In this document: piece after piece, positions 27,069-37,518 of the stretch
How the letters are laid out: each line of letters opens with the position of its first letter
How positions within the stretch are numbered: the stretch's first letter is position 1
NCBI GenBank assembly: GCA_963836075.1
Contig: CAWIIB010000009.1
Span: forward strand, 1,120,001 to 1,184,000
Source of the DNA: an uncultured Acidobacteriota bacterium
Lineage (GTDB): Bacteria; Acidobacteriota; JAQAZP01
Reading direction: 5' to 3'
DNA length: 64,000 nt
The notes under the pieces: model-generated
Seen by the model: the letters and a program-made list of their open reading frames with translations, nothing else
What the model was told of the DNA's origin: nothing
Database searches by the model: none
Position numbers and translations under genes: made by a program

Positions 27069-28397
27069 TCAGGCCTTGGCGATCTTCAGCGATTCAACCC
27101 GGTAGATCCAGAGCACCTCACCGAGGCAGAGCAGGCAGATAAAGCTGTTGCTGACCGCATAGGCGATGGCCGCGCCGTTGATTCCCAGTGACGGTATCAG
27201 GTAATAGCACAGCCCGACCATCATGAGCAACAGGGCCAGCGAGTTGACCGTGTTGTACTGCGGGCGGCCCATCATCGAGATGGAAAACCCGATGGGGCCG
27301 GCCAGGGCGGCGGCCACGTTGCCCAGGGCCATGATCAGCAGGGCCTCCCGGACGGCCACGTATTCCGGGCCGAATATGGCCAGCACGTAGTTGGCGGCCA
27401 CCACGTAGAACAGGACCATGGTGATGGAGAAGATGGAGACGATGACACTGACTTTGAACTGCAGGCGCTTGATCGACTTGAGGTCCTTCTTGCCGAAGAA
27501 GTTCCCCACCATCGGGGTGAAGATGGCGTTCACCGCCGGGGAGAGGATCAGCGGCAAAAAGGCGGCCTTGAAGGCCACGTTGTACAGCGCCACATCGGTG
27601 GTGAGCAGGAAGAAGGCGATGAGAAAGACGTTGATCTCGTCACGGAACTTGCTCAGGGTGGCGGTGATCGAGACATAGAGGGTGAAGCGGATCACCCGCT
27701 TGCCGTGTGGCTCGGGCACCACGCTGCGGTCGAAGAGAAAACCGAACTCCCGCCGGACCACAAAACAGGTATAGATGAGGATGACCAGGGCGGCCAGCGG
27801 GTAGGCCACGGCAAAGACCAGCAGCAGGTGGTCGGGGTCGATGAAGATCAGGGCGATCAGGACGAAGAGGATGACCAGCACCATCTGGCCGATGAGGGCG
27901 ATGTATTCGTATTTGACCAGGAACTTGCTGCGCAGCAGGCCCACGTTGACCGAGGAGAGCGCCTGGAAAAAGGCGCTGAACGACATCAGGTGGATCAGCA
28001 GGGCCAGGCCCGGTTTTTCGTAGATGTGGTTGGCGATATACGGCGCGGCGATATTGAGCAGGATCAGCAGGACGCCGTTGACCGGCAGGGCCAGCTTGTA
28101 GATGTGGATGGCCACGCTCTTGATCTTGGCCGGTGAACCCTCGCCCGCAAAGAGCGAGCCGTAGCGGATGATGGTGATCGGCAGGCTGTAGGACAGGAAA
28201 AAAGCGGTGATGGCCACGCTGGTGGCCAGGATGAACAGACCGAACTCCTCCATGCCCAGGACGCGGGCCTTGAAGATCGTGATCAGCAGGCCCATGGCCA
28301 TGTTGATCGACACCCCGGCAAAGGCGATGCTGGTCCCCTTGGCCAGCAGGCGGTCGTCAGTGCCCAGCCGGTTTTTAAATTGCCGAAATGTTTGCAT
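27069..28397 (-). CDS. Polysaccharide flippase (Wzx/MOP family)
   Basis: About 12 hydrophobic segments; ARVLG.EEFGLF, VALYNVA, IFGPEY, LIPSLGINGAAIA. Confidence 0.85.
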   Translation of the reverse strand: MQTFRQFKNRLGTDDRLLAKGTSIAFAGVSINMAMGLLITIFKARVLGMEEFGLFILATSVAITAFFLSYSLPITIIRYGSLFAGEGSPAKIKSVAIHIYKLALPVNGVLLILLNIAAPYIANHIYEKPGLALLIHLMSFSAFFQALSSVNVGLLRSKFLVKYEYIALIGQMVLVILFVLIALIFIDPDHLLLVFAVAYPLAALVILIYTCFVVRREFGFLFDRSVVPEPHGKRVIRFTLYVSITATLSKFRDEINVFLIAFFLLTTDVALYNVAFKAAFLPLILSPAVNAIFTPMVGNFFGKKDLKSIKRLQFKVSVIVSIFSITMVLFYVVAANYVLAIFGPEYVAVREALLIMALGNVAAALAGPIGFSISMMGRPQYNTVNSLALLLMMVGLCYYLIPSLGINGAAIAYAVSNSFICLLCLGEVLWIYRVESLKIAKA

Positions 28398-28536
28398 GGT
28401 GCTGCCGATGATACCCTTTGTAAGAGTATCATGATACAGACTTTATGAAATGTTAGCAAGGATGGGGAAGGCGGGCTGGGGAGACCTCCGGCGGAGCGTC
28501 AGGCGGGTCTCCCCGTGCGCGTACAACGGACCGGGA

Positions 28537-28620
28537 TCAGCTGGTTCCGCGCAGCCGGGCCACCCGCTCCTCGATGGGCGGGTGGGTGCTGAACAGGCCG
28601 GCCAGCCCGCCGCCCCGGAG
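28537..28620 (-). pseudogene. htpX: Orphan 3' end of an HtpX-family (M48) protease gene
   Basis: Manual translation LRGGGLAGLFSTHPPIEERVARLRGTS*; GC hairpin downstream (~28478-28514); not in the ORF track. Confidence 0.8.
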
Positions 28621-28679
28621 GTCAACCTCCGGGGACACGGTATTTACGCATTGAGATGGTGGGGATGTTCTCCGGGCGC

Positions 28680-31224
28680 TCATGGCGCCACCCCCGTGAC
28701 CGTGCAGCCGTCGCTGTCCATATCCCCCTCGGGCGGATAGGGCGGCCGGTTGTAGGGCGCCGGGGTCACGTCTTCAGCCATGAAAAAGAACTCGGTGTCG
28801 CCCAGCAGGTCGGCCAGGGCCGGGATGCCCTGCCACCAGTCGGCGGTCAGGCTCGCCCCGCCCAGCAGGTTCACTGACCCGCGGCGCCAGTTCTGGTAGT
28901 AGGGCCCGTCGGCAAGGTCGACATCGAGCTGGTAGGCGAAGCGCCGGGCCTGCTCGGTGTAGGTGTTGGTCAGGGTCAGCACGAACCGCGAGCTGAAGGG
29001 CAGGGTGCCCGAGGAGGGGACGCAGGTCATGGAGGTGGAAAGGGTTTTGGTGGCGGTGATCGTGTTGTTGAGGAGGATCGTGACGGCGTCCTCGGCGTAG
29101 TTGCAGACCGCCGCGTCCCGGTCGCCGTCGCCGTCGAAGTCGGCCAGGACCGGGGAGAATGGATCGCACCAGGTGCCGAACTGAATCGGCTCCTCGAATG
29201 TTCCGTCGCCATTCCCTGCCAGAACACCCAGGGTATCCGGCCCGCGATTGGCGACCACCAGGTCGTCCAGGCCGTCGCCGTCCACGTCGCCCGCGGCAAG
29301 GTCGTATGGACGCACACCCGCGTAGTGGGTCACCGGGGCCTGGAAGGAGCCGTCGCCGTTGCCCTTCAGCAGTTCGATGGCGCCGCTATCTGTCATGGCC
29401 ACCGCCAGGTCGGCGATCCCGTCGCCGTCGAAGTCGTGGGCCACGATCCCCGCCGGGTCCACCCCCGCCAGGTCGTAGCGTGCCGGCTCGTCAAACGTGC
29501 CGTCGCCGTTGCCGAGGAACACCGAAACACGGTCCGGATAGGAGTAGCTGATGGTCTGGGTCACCGCCAGGTCGAGCTGCCCGTCGCCGTCGAAGTCGCC
29601 GCCGGCCAATCCATGGGGCGTATAGCTGAATTCCTGCAGCAGCGGGGCCTGAAACGTGCCGTCGCCGTTGCCCGCCAGGACCGCGATGGCGGTGGGGTCG
29701 TCGTTGACCGTCACCACGTCGAGGATGTCGTCGCCGGTGGCGTCGTCGAGCACAATCTCGATCGGCTGGTCGCCGGTGTCATACATCACGCGCTCCTGAA
29801 AAGTGCCGTCACCGTTGTTGATGAACACCGATACGGTGTCGATCATGTGGTTCAGCACGGCGAGGTCCGGGTCGCCGTCCTCGTCGAGGTCGGCGCCGGC
29901 GGAGTCCACAGGAAAATTGCCGCAGAAGTAGTTCAGCGGGGCATGAAAGGTGCCGTCCCCGTGGCCGTGGAGCACGGAGAGGAAGCCTCCGCTCCCCCCG
30001 GCGGCCAGGTCGGGGACGCCGTCCCCGTTGAGGTCGGCGGCGATCAGTGTGATCGCTTCGTCGGTGGCGGGTGTCGTGGGCGGGATGTCAAACGTGCCGT
30101 CGCCGCGGCCCAGCACCATGCCCACGTGGTTCGCAGATCCCCTGGTAAAAACCAGGTCGGGGATGCCGTCGTTGTTCATCCCGGCTGCCAGCGCCCGGCG
30201 GATGTAACCGGACGGCAGTTGTGGGCCCTCTTCGAAGGTGCCGTCCCCGTTGCCGTAGAGCAGAGAGACGGCCGGGATTGTGGTGTCGTAGGCGTTTGAG
30301 TAGCTCACCACCAGGTCGAGGATCCCGTTATCGTCCAGGTGACCGGGATCGATGAAAAACGGGCGGCTGGCGAGCGGGATATCGCCGGGCGGTTGGAGCG
30401 TGCCGTCGCCGCTGTTGAGATACAGTCTGATCCCGCTGAAGAGGTTGTCGATGACCAGCAGGTCCGGGTGCCCGTCCCCGTTCACGTCGCCCGTGGCCGC
30501 ATCCAGGGTATCGCTCTCGCCGTAGGTTACGGGAGGGCCGAAGGTGCCGTCGCCGAGGCCGGGGAGCACCACCACGGCGGGGTCGTGCCAGCCGTCGTTG
30601 GTGGTCACCAGGTCGAGGTGGCCGTCGCCGTCCAGGTCGGCGGCGACGATGTCGGTGGCCGTCGCGCCGGTGGGGTAGTGCACCGGGTAGTCGAAGGTCC
30701 CGTCACCGCGGCCCAGCGCTACGGAGATGTTGTTGTCGTCACCGCTGTTGCCGGTGGCCACGTCGAGGTGCCCGTCGTTGTCCAGGTCGGCGAGCACGAT
30801 GCCGTGCGGTTCGAAGCCGCCCAGATGGATCACCGCCGGCTGGAAGGTGCCGTCCCCGTTGCCCAGCAGGCTGGTGAAGCGGCCGGCCTCGCTGTTCCCC
30901 GCCACCAGGTCGAGGTGGCCGTCCTCGTTGATGTCGCCGGCCGCCAGGTCCCGCGGGCCCTCCTCGGTGAAGTAGTCGGTCCGGCTGTGCAGGGTGCCGT
31001 CCCCGGCGCCGAGCATCACCGTGACCCTGTCCGCTTCAAGCCGGGCCACGGCCACGTCGCGGATGCCGTCGCCGTCGAAGTCTTCAGCCACCAGGCCCAG
31101 GGGCGTTCCGGTGAGCCAGGTACTCCTCCGGCGCGTCGAAGAGCGAATCCGGGCCGGCAGCCGCCGGGACGGCAGCCATGATGCAGGCGATGAGCATTGT
31201 GATGACGATCGGTCGGGCGTTCAT
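28680..31224 (-). CDS. Secreted FG-GAP/VCBS repeat protein with PYNQPPY-type C-terminal domain (frameshift ~31120)
   Basis: Signal peptide from ATG 31224 (ATGA-coupled); ~13 DxDGDG/GxGDGTF repeats; removing one base joins it to ORF 28680..31091. Confidence 0.82.
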
Positions 31225-33762
31225 GGTGTCACCCCCGTGATGGTGCAGCCATCGGAGTCGAAGCTCCCTGCCGGCGGGTAGGGCGGCTGGTTGAACGGCG
31301 CCGGCGTCACGTCCATCGAGCGGAGGGAGAACCGCGTGTCGCCGGACAGCGAATCCAGCTCCGGGATGGTCTGCCACCAGCCGACGATTGCGGTCTCTCC
31401 CGGCGCGATGTTGGCCCACCCCCGCCGCCAGTTGACGTAGCGCGGGCCGTGGGCCAGGGTGACATCGATCTGCGACTGGATGCGCCGGGCCTGGCCGGGA
31501 AAGGCATTGGTCACGTTCGCCGCGAGGAAGGTGGAGAAGGGCAGCGTGCCCGATGCGGGCTGGCAGGAGAGCTCCACGTCAACGGTGCTGGCCAGGGGGC
31601 GCCTGACCAGGGTGAAGATGGATTTGTTTCGGTTCTCGTAGCTGTGGCGATTGAAGGTGACCAGGTCCGGGTGGCCGTCCCCGTTCAGATCACCGCGGAA
31701 CAGGACGTAGGGGCCCTCCCTGGTGCCGTAGGTTTCCGGTGTCCCGAAGGTGCCGTCACCGTTGCCGTAAAGGACCCGGACGTGGTCGTTGGCCTCGTCG
31801 GTAACGGCGATGTCGAGGTTTCCGTCGCCGTCCAGGTCGGCGGTGACGATGCCCGAGGGCATCCCGCCCTCGTCGATGCTCGCCGCGGCGTCGAAGGTGC
31901 CGTCACCGTTGCCGGCGAGGAGCACGACAACGCCGCCGTCCCGGCAGGCCACGGCCAGGTCCTCGTGGCCGTCACCGTCCAGGTCGTCGACCGCGATTCC
32001 CGCCGGGCCGGCGCCCACCGTGTAGTCGGTCCAGACCCAGAACGTGCCGTCCCCAGACCCGGGAAAGATCGAGATCGAGCTCTCGCCGGTGTTGGCCACC
32101 GCCAGGTCGGTGTGGCCGTCGCCGTCGAAGTCGCGGCTGATCACCGTTTCCGGCGCGTCGCCGGTGACGTAGTAGATCATCGCTTTCTTGAAAGTGCCGT
32201 CACCGTTGCCCGGAAGCACCGAGATGCTGTCCTTGCCGTCGCTCACCACCACCAGGTCGGGGAAGTCGTCGCTGTTCACCTCGGCCACGGTGAGGGCCCG
32301 GGCGTAGCAGCTGGTGGTGTAGTTCGTCGGTGTCCCGAACGTGCCGTCGCCGTTCCCGGTCAGCACGGACACGGAGCAGCCATAATCGTTCGCGGTGACC
32401 AGGTCGAGGTCCCCGTCCCCGTCCAGGTCGGCGGAGGTGACGAAATTGGCATTGACATTGTCGAGGGGGTAGTCGGTGGGTTCGAGGAACCCGCCGCTGC
32501 CGTCGCCGGGCAGGATGATGACCCGGTCCTCCGACTGGTACACGGTCACCGCGGCATCGGGAATGCCGTCGCCGTCGTAGTCGCCCAGGTCCATATACGT
32601 GCCGTAGGTGACGGCGAACTCCGAGTCGGAACCGAGCAGCGTGCCGTCTCCTCTTCCTTTGAGAACCGAAACCCCGTACTCGCCGTCGTTGAGCAGTACC
32701 AGGTCCGGGCGGCCGTCGCCGTCGATGTCGCCGGCGAGCACCTCGTCGCTCAAACCCTGCGGGTAGACGGCGCCCCGGTCCTCGAAGCCGCCCAGGCCGT
32801 CGTTGGTAAGCATGGTGACCGTCGGCCCTTCATGGGAATTACTCCAGTACAGGTACCGCCAGGTCGGGCCGGCCGTCCCGGTCGAAATCGGCGACCGCCA
32901 GGGATCCGTCGGGCGGGTGCTCCCCGAGCAGGAAGAAGGTGCCGTCACCGCTCCCCTGGTAGATCCGGGAATCCGAGTAGCCGAAGCTCACGGCCATGTC
33001 CGGGACCTGGTCGCCATTGAAGTCCTCGATGATCAGCGAGAGCAGGGCGTTGCTGGTGGCGTACTGGTCTGCCGGCTGGAAGGTCCCGCCGCCGTTGCCC
33101 AGCCGGACCCAGATGGAGTTGTAGTTGGCCATGACCAGGTCCGGGATGCTGTCGCCGTTGAGGTCGGTGAACTCGGCTCGTACCGGATCGTCCCCCGCCG
33201 GAAAGGTCACCACTGGTTGGAAGGTGCCGTCGCCGTTGCCGCGCAAGGCGAGGACGGTGTCACTGGTCCTCTCGGCCAGCAGCAGATCGGGGACGCCGTC
33301 GCCGTCACCATCGCCGATGGTGACGCTCCGTGGGCCGTCACCGGCCGGATAATCCACCGCGGCCTGGAAACTGCCGTCTCCGTTGCCCAGAAACACCGCG
33401 ACGCTGTCGTCATAAAAGTTTGACTTGACCAGGTCGACGTGGCTGTCGCCATCGAGGTCGTCCGCGGCCAGTTCGTCATATGAATAGTATTGCGCCACCG
33501 GCATCATCACCGCCGGCGCGAAGCCGCCGTCGCCTTCGCCGAGCATGATGGCGATGAAGCTCTCCCCGTCCTCGCGGTTCAGGGCGGCCAGGTCGAGGTG
33601 CCCGTCCCCGTTGAAGTCGGCCAGCACGCCTGAGTCTGGATCGAGCGGCTGATAGTGGTCGATGCGGGCGTCGAAGAGCGGTTGGGGAGCGGCTGGTACG
33701 GTAATCAGCAGGGGACTTGAAAGAGCGGCGAAAAGAATCAGGGACCGGTGAAATCGCATCAT
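31221..33762 (-). CDS. Secreted FG-GAP/VCBS repeat protein with PYNQPPY-type C-terminal domain (frameshift ~32852)
   Basis: ORFs 32839..33762 and 31221..32948 are two halves of one repeat protein; tandem paralog of the downstream gene. Confidence 0.82.
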
Positions 33763-33969
33763 TTACTCCCCGGGATGAAGAAAAGATCAATTGCCTGCTC
33801 TAACGTAAACAGAAAATTCGCGAGATCAACCCCTACCCCCCGTGGGCGGTCGGGGAAAACGTTATTAATAAGGTGAATATAGGTCTTTTGCGGTTGGCGG
33901 GCAAGGTATGGCACTGGCCGATTACGGAATACTTCTCCCTGCTTTACCGGGCTAGCCCGGTGGGAGAAA

Positions 33970-35760
33970 TCATTCTTCGATCACCGTCACCCGGGTCCGG
34001 CCGGCCGAGGCCTGCCACCGGCCCTCCTCCACCAGGGCCTCGCGGCCCGCGGTTTTGAAGGCTTTGGAGATGAGGATCCGGTCCTTGAAGTCGAGGACCA
34101 TGGTGTCGCTGTTCCAGTGCCAGCTGCCGGATGTCTTGCCCCGGCTGCTATCCATGTCGTGGGGCTGTCCGAAGCGCGCCGTGACGTCATCATAGGTCAG
34201 GCCCAGGTCGATGCTGTCAAAGCGCGCGGCGTTTTCCGGGTCCACCTCGAAATAGTCCTCTCCGGAGACCTCCAGGTGGTTGAGCATTGCCGCCACATCG
34301 GTGCGCATGTCATAGATCCCATCGAACCGCTCGACCTCGTGGATCCGTCGCGGGTGGGGTACAAGGGTGGCCAGGCCGGTGCCGTCGGCCAGGGACTCCT
34401 CCACGTGCTTGCGCACGTTGAGGATCGGGCCGCTGGAGTGGGTCAGCATCTTTGACTGGCCCTCGCTGAAGGCGACGATCACCGTTTCGGTGGTGAACAG
34501 GAGCTTCTTCTCTTTCCAGACCAGGGCCAGGTCGGCCGCACCGGTGACGGTGACCGTTTCGTCGGGCGGGCCGAGGATCGCCTCCACTTCCTCCCGGTTC
34601 ATGCTTGGCTCCAGCCGGTTGAAGTTCCGGGTCAGTTCACTGCCGCCGCTGTCCTCCATGGGCTCCGGTTCCTCGATGGCGGTGATCGCCGGAGCTGAAA
34701 CGGCCGCGGTAAAGGTGAAGAAGACCAACAGGATGAAGACGGTGAATTTGAAACGCGGGAAGCGGTTGGCCAGATGCCGGCGTCCGGTGTCGAGAATCGA
34801 CTCGATCCGGCGGCGGAAGGATGTGCGGGCGAAAACGATGCCTGCCGGTGATTCCATGAGAAACCTCCTCGATGGCAGTCTCTCTGCCATGCTGGTCAGC
34901 ATTTTTGCGTAGCGGACCGGGTTGCCGGTCAATCGGAGAACGTGGTCGTCACAGGCCTCTTCGGCCAGCCGGGCAATGCGGCCGGCGGCGATCCAGGCCA
35001 GGGGGTTCCAGAAATAGAGCGATCGGAGCAGGGCGGCCATGGTCAGGGTCAGTGAATCGCGCCGCTTGACGTGGGCCAGCTCGTGCAGGGCAACCTCGCG
35101 CAGTGCGTACGGCGACAGGTCCCGGGCAAACCGGGCCGGCAGGTAGACCACCGGACGGATGGTGCCCGAGGTGAAGGGCGCGGCGACGCCGGGATGCTCG
35201 ATGACCCGGAAGCGGCCGGAAAGGCCCAGCTGGCGAGCGGCCCGCCGAAATGTGGAGGTCACCACGGGGTCGTCAACCCTGGCGCCGCTGCGGCGCAGGT
35301 GCATGATCCGCAGCCGGCAGCGGGCCACCGGGGCGAGGAACAGCACCACCCCCGTGAGCAGGAGGGATGCGGCCAGCAGCCAGGGGACGTCGAGCAGCGA
35401 AAGCGACGGTGAGATCGTTGCCGCGGCAGTGGACATGGCCGGGAGGTCCGCGGCCGCGCTGCCGGCGGGGAAGAGCATCTGCGGGATCCGGACTGCCGGG
35501 GCGGGGAGCGCCACCCGGGTTCCGGAAAAGATGCCCGATGACTTCACCAGGACGGAGAGCAGCGGCAGCAGCGGCAGCGCGAGAAAGACCGACAGCAGCG
35601 AGAGGTGGCGCAGCGCCGGGCTGTGGCGCCGGAGCAGCCGGGCCAGCAGCAGGGCGCCGCCGAGGACAAAGGACATCTGCAGGAAGTGGGAGAGCACGGC
35701 GCCGGCCCACTGGCCGCACCAGCCGTCCAGTGTTGTGAATAGCTCGAATATGCTCATCAC
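33970..35760 (-). CDS. BlaR1/MecR1-type M56 metallopeptidase sensor
   Basis: TM segments, HELAHVKRRD, WNPLAW, EEACDD; non-PBP C-terminal domain. Confidence 0.88.
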   Translation of the reverse strand: MMSIFELFTTLDGWCGQWAGAVLSHFLQMSFVLGGALLLARLLRRHSPALRHLSLLSVFLALPLLPLLSVLVKSSGIFSGTRVALPAPAVRIPQMLFPAGSAAADLPAMSTAAATISPSLSLLDVPWLLAASLLLTGVVLFLAPVARCRLRIMHLRRSGARVDDPVVTSTFRRAARQLGLSGRFRVIEHPGVAAPFTSGTIRPVVYLPARFARDLSPYALREVALHELAHVKRRDSLTLTMAALLRSLYFWNPLAWIAAGRIARLAEEACDDHVLRLTGNPVRYAKMLTSMAERLPSRRFLMESPAGIVFARTSFRRRIESILDTGRRHLANRFPRFKFTVFILLVFFTFTAAVSAPAITAIEEPEPMEDSGGSELTRNFNRLEPSMNREEVEAILGPPDETVTVTGAADLALVWKEKKLLFTTETVIVAFSEGQSKMLTHSSGPILNVRKHVEESLADGTGLATLVPHPRRIHEVERFDGIYDMRTDVAAMLNHLEVSGEDYFEVDPENAARFDSIDLGLTYDDVTARFGQPHDMDSSRGKTSGSWHWNSDTMVLDFKDRILISKAFKTAGREALVEEGRWQASAGRTRVTVIEE

Positions 35761-36173
35761 CCTTCCTCCGCTTCCTTCTCGGCGATCAGTTTTTTGATCT
35801 CCTCCAGGTCTCCGGCCTGCAGGTCGCGGGTGTCCAGCAGGGAAGCCACCATCCCCGGCGCCGAGCCGGAAAAGGCGCGTCTCAGCATATCCTTGACGAT
35901 ATGCTTTTGTGCCTGCTCCCGGACCACTTTTGCCTGGTAACGGTAGGTTCGCCCATCCCGTTTCCTGGTCACGTGCCCCTTGTCCAGCAGGATCGAAAGG
36001 ATCTTGCGCACCGATCCGTCGGCCAACTGGCGTCCCTTGCCGTGGAGCTCCTGAAGCATCTCGTCCGGGGACATCTCCCCGCGGTCCCAGAGGAGCTGCA
36101 TGAACTCCAGTTCCACCTCGGTGAATGTTGATGTTTTACGGTTGGCCACTTGCTGTTTTCTCCCTGCTGCCAC
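35757..36173 (-). CDS. BlaI/MecI/CopY-family repressor
   Basis: ELEFMQLLW, L..L.DKGHV.R..DGRTYRY, FSGS...V.SLL. Confidence 0.9.
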   Translation of the reverse strand: MAAGRKQQVANRKTSTFTEVELEFMQLLWDRGEMSPDEMLQELHGKGRQLADGSVRKILSILLDKGHVTRKRDGRTYRYQAKVVREQAQKHIVKDMLRRAFSGSAPGMVASLLDTRDLQAGDLEEIKKLIAEKEAEEG

Positions 36174-36179
36174 CTGCTT

Positions 36180-36253
36180 ACGAGAATTAATTCTCTTTAA
36201 ATGTAGCCTGCGGCAGTCCCGCTGTCAACTATAAACGAGAATTATTTCTCGTT
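36180..36253 (-). promoter_or_regulatory. blaI-like promoter flanked by two palindromic operators
   Basis: TTGACA-17-TACATT on the minus strand; ACGAGAA-N4-TTCTC boxes at 36180-36196 and 36234-36253. Confidence 0.7.
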
Positions 36254-37478
36254 GGTTCGAAAAAAAATGAGGCTCCACGAACTGGAGCCTCTTTCATCGT
36301 CTTCCTGCGAGGTGGCCGGCATCAGCGGACTGTTTCGGTACTGAATCCCCTTCTCCCGGCCCTGTTCCCGGATGATCCGGGCCACCTCCAGGTCAAAGGC
36401 ATTGCCCTGCCCGGCTTCCATCCTCTTTTTCGTTTCGCTGGCGATATAGGCCTCGCGCTCGGCCAGCAGCTTGTCGATCTCCGCCTGAACCGCCTCACGT
36501 TTTTTCCCCTGCTCGGTCAGGTAGGCCTGCTGCTCCGTCGGCGTCATGCCCCGTATCTCATCGGGCAGCTCATCCTTGTCCAGTTCCTCCAGTCGGGCCC
36601 GGCCCTCGGCCAGGTCGTCCACCAGGTCGCCGCCACCCTGGACCACCTTTCTCGTGGCTGCGTTGTAAGCCAGTCGGTCGGCCGCCGCCGAGGGTGCGGC
36701 CGCTTCAGCCATCGCCTGCTTGGCCCGCACCTCCTCCCTGGCCCCGGTGCCGCCGTAGGCCATGATGGTATGGCCCAGCTCGACGTTCAGCTCGGCCAGG
36801 CGCCGGTCCTGGGGGGTGTCAATCACGGCCATGTCCCCGCTCTGCCCCAGGGCGATGAACCGCCCTTCGGACAGCCGGCTGATCTCCTGCCAGACCGGGG
36901 TGGTTTCGGCGTGGCCCCCGCACTGCACGGTGTTGATCACCAGGTCACGGGCCACCGCGGCGCGGCAGGTCTCCTGGTACGGGACGTCGTCCTGGTAGTC
37001 GACGTGCGGCGGGCAGTCGCCCACCAGGAAGACCACCTTGAGCACCTCGCGGTCGGGGCTCCAGCTGATCCGGGTCAGGGCCTCGTGGAGCGCCTGGTTC
37101 ACCGACTCGGGGGTGTCGCCGCCGCCGTCAGCCTGGAACTCCTGCAGCCGGGCATAGACCCGGTCGATGTCGTCGCTGAGATCGAAGACCCGGGTGACAT
37201 ACTCGTCGCCCCGGTCGCGGTAGCCCACCAGGGAGATTTTCAGCTCGGGCGTGGGTTCGGCGTCCACCAGCTGGTTGGCGATGGACCAGATTTTGGCCTT
37301 GGCCCCGGCGATCAGGCCGCCCATGGAACCGGTTGTGTCGAGGACGAAGCAGACCTCGATCCGAGGGGGCGGATCACGGAGGATCTCCGCCGGCCCGGGC
37401 CGCGAGCCCCTGGGCCATGATGATCATCGTTGCCAGAAGCAGTCCGCCGGTCAGTTGCATCATCTTTTTTCTGTTCAT
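36242..37478 (-). CDS. Secreted vWA-domain protein (frameshift ~37405)
   Basis: Signal peptide from ATG 37478; FVLDTTGSMG MIDAS, GGGDTPE, LVGDCPPH. Confidence 0.8.
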
Positions 37479-37518
37479 CGTCTTTCTCCCTGACCCGGCT
37501 TTTCCCGGGTCCTGTCGC

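Noticed and set aside
28680-33762. Regularly spaced gccgtcgccgtt repeats suggesting a CRISPR array (also TPR repeats ~40450-42200)
   Set aside because: They are degenerate in-frame protein repeats (FG-GAP, TPR); no identical direct repeats and no cas genes
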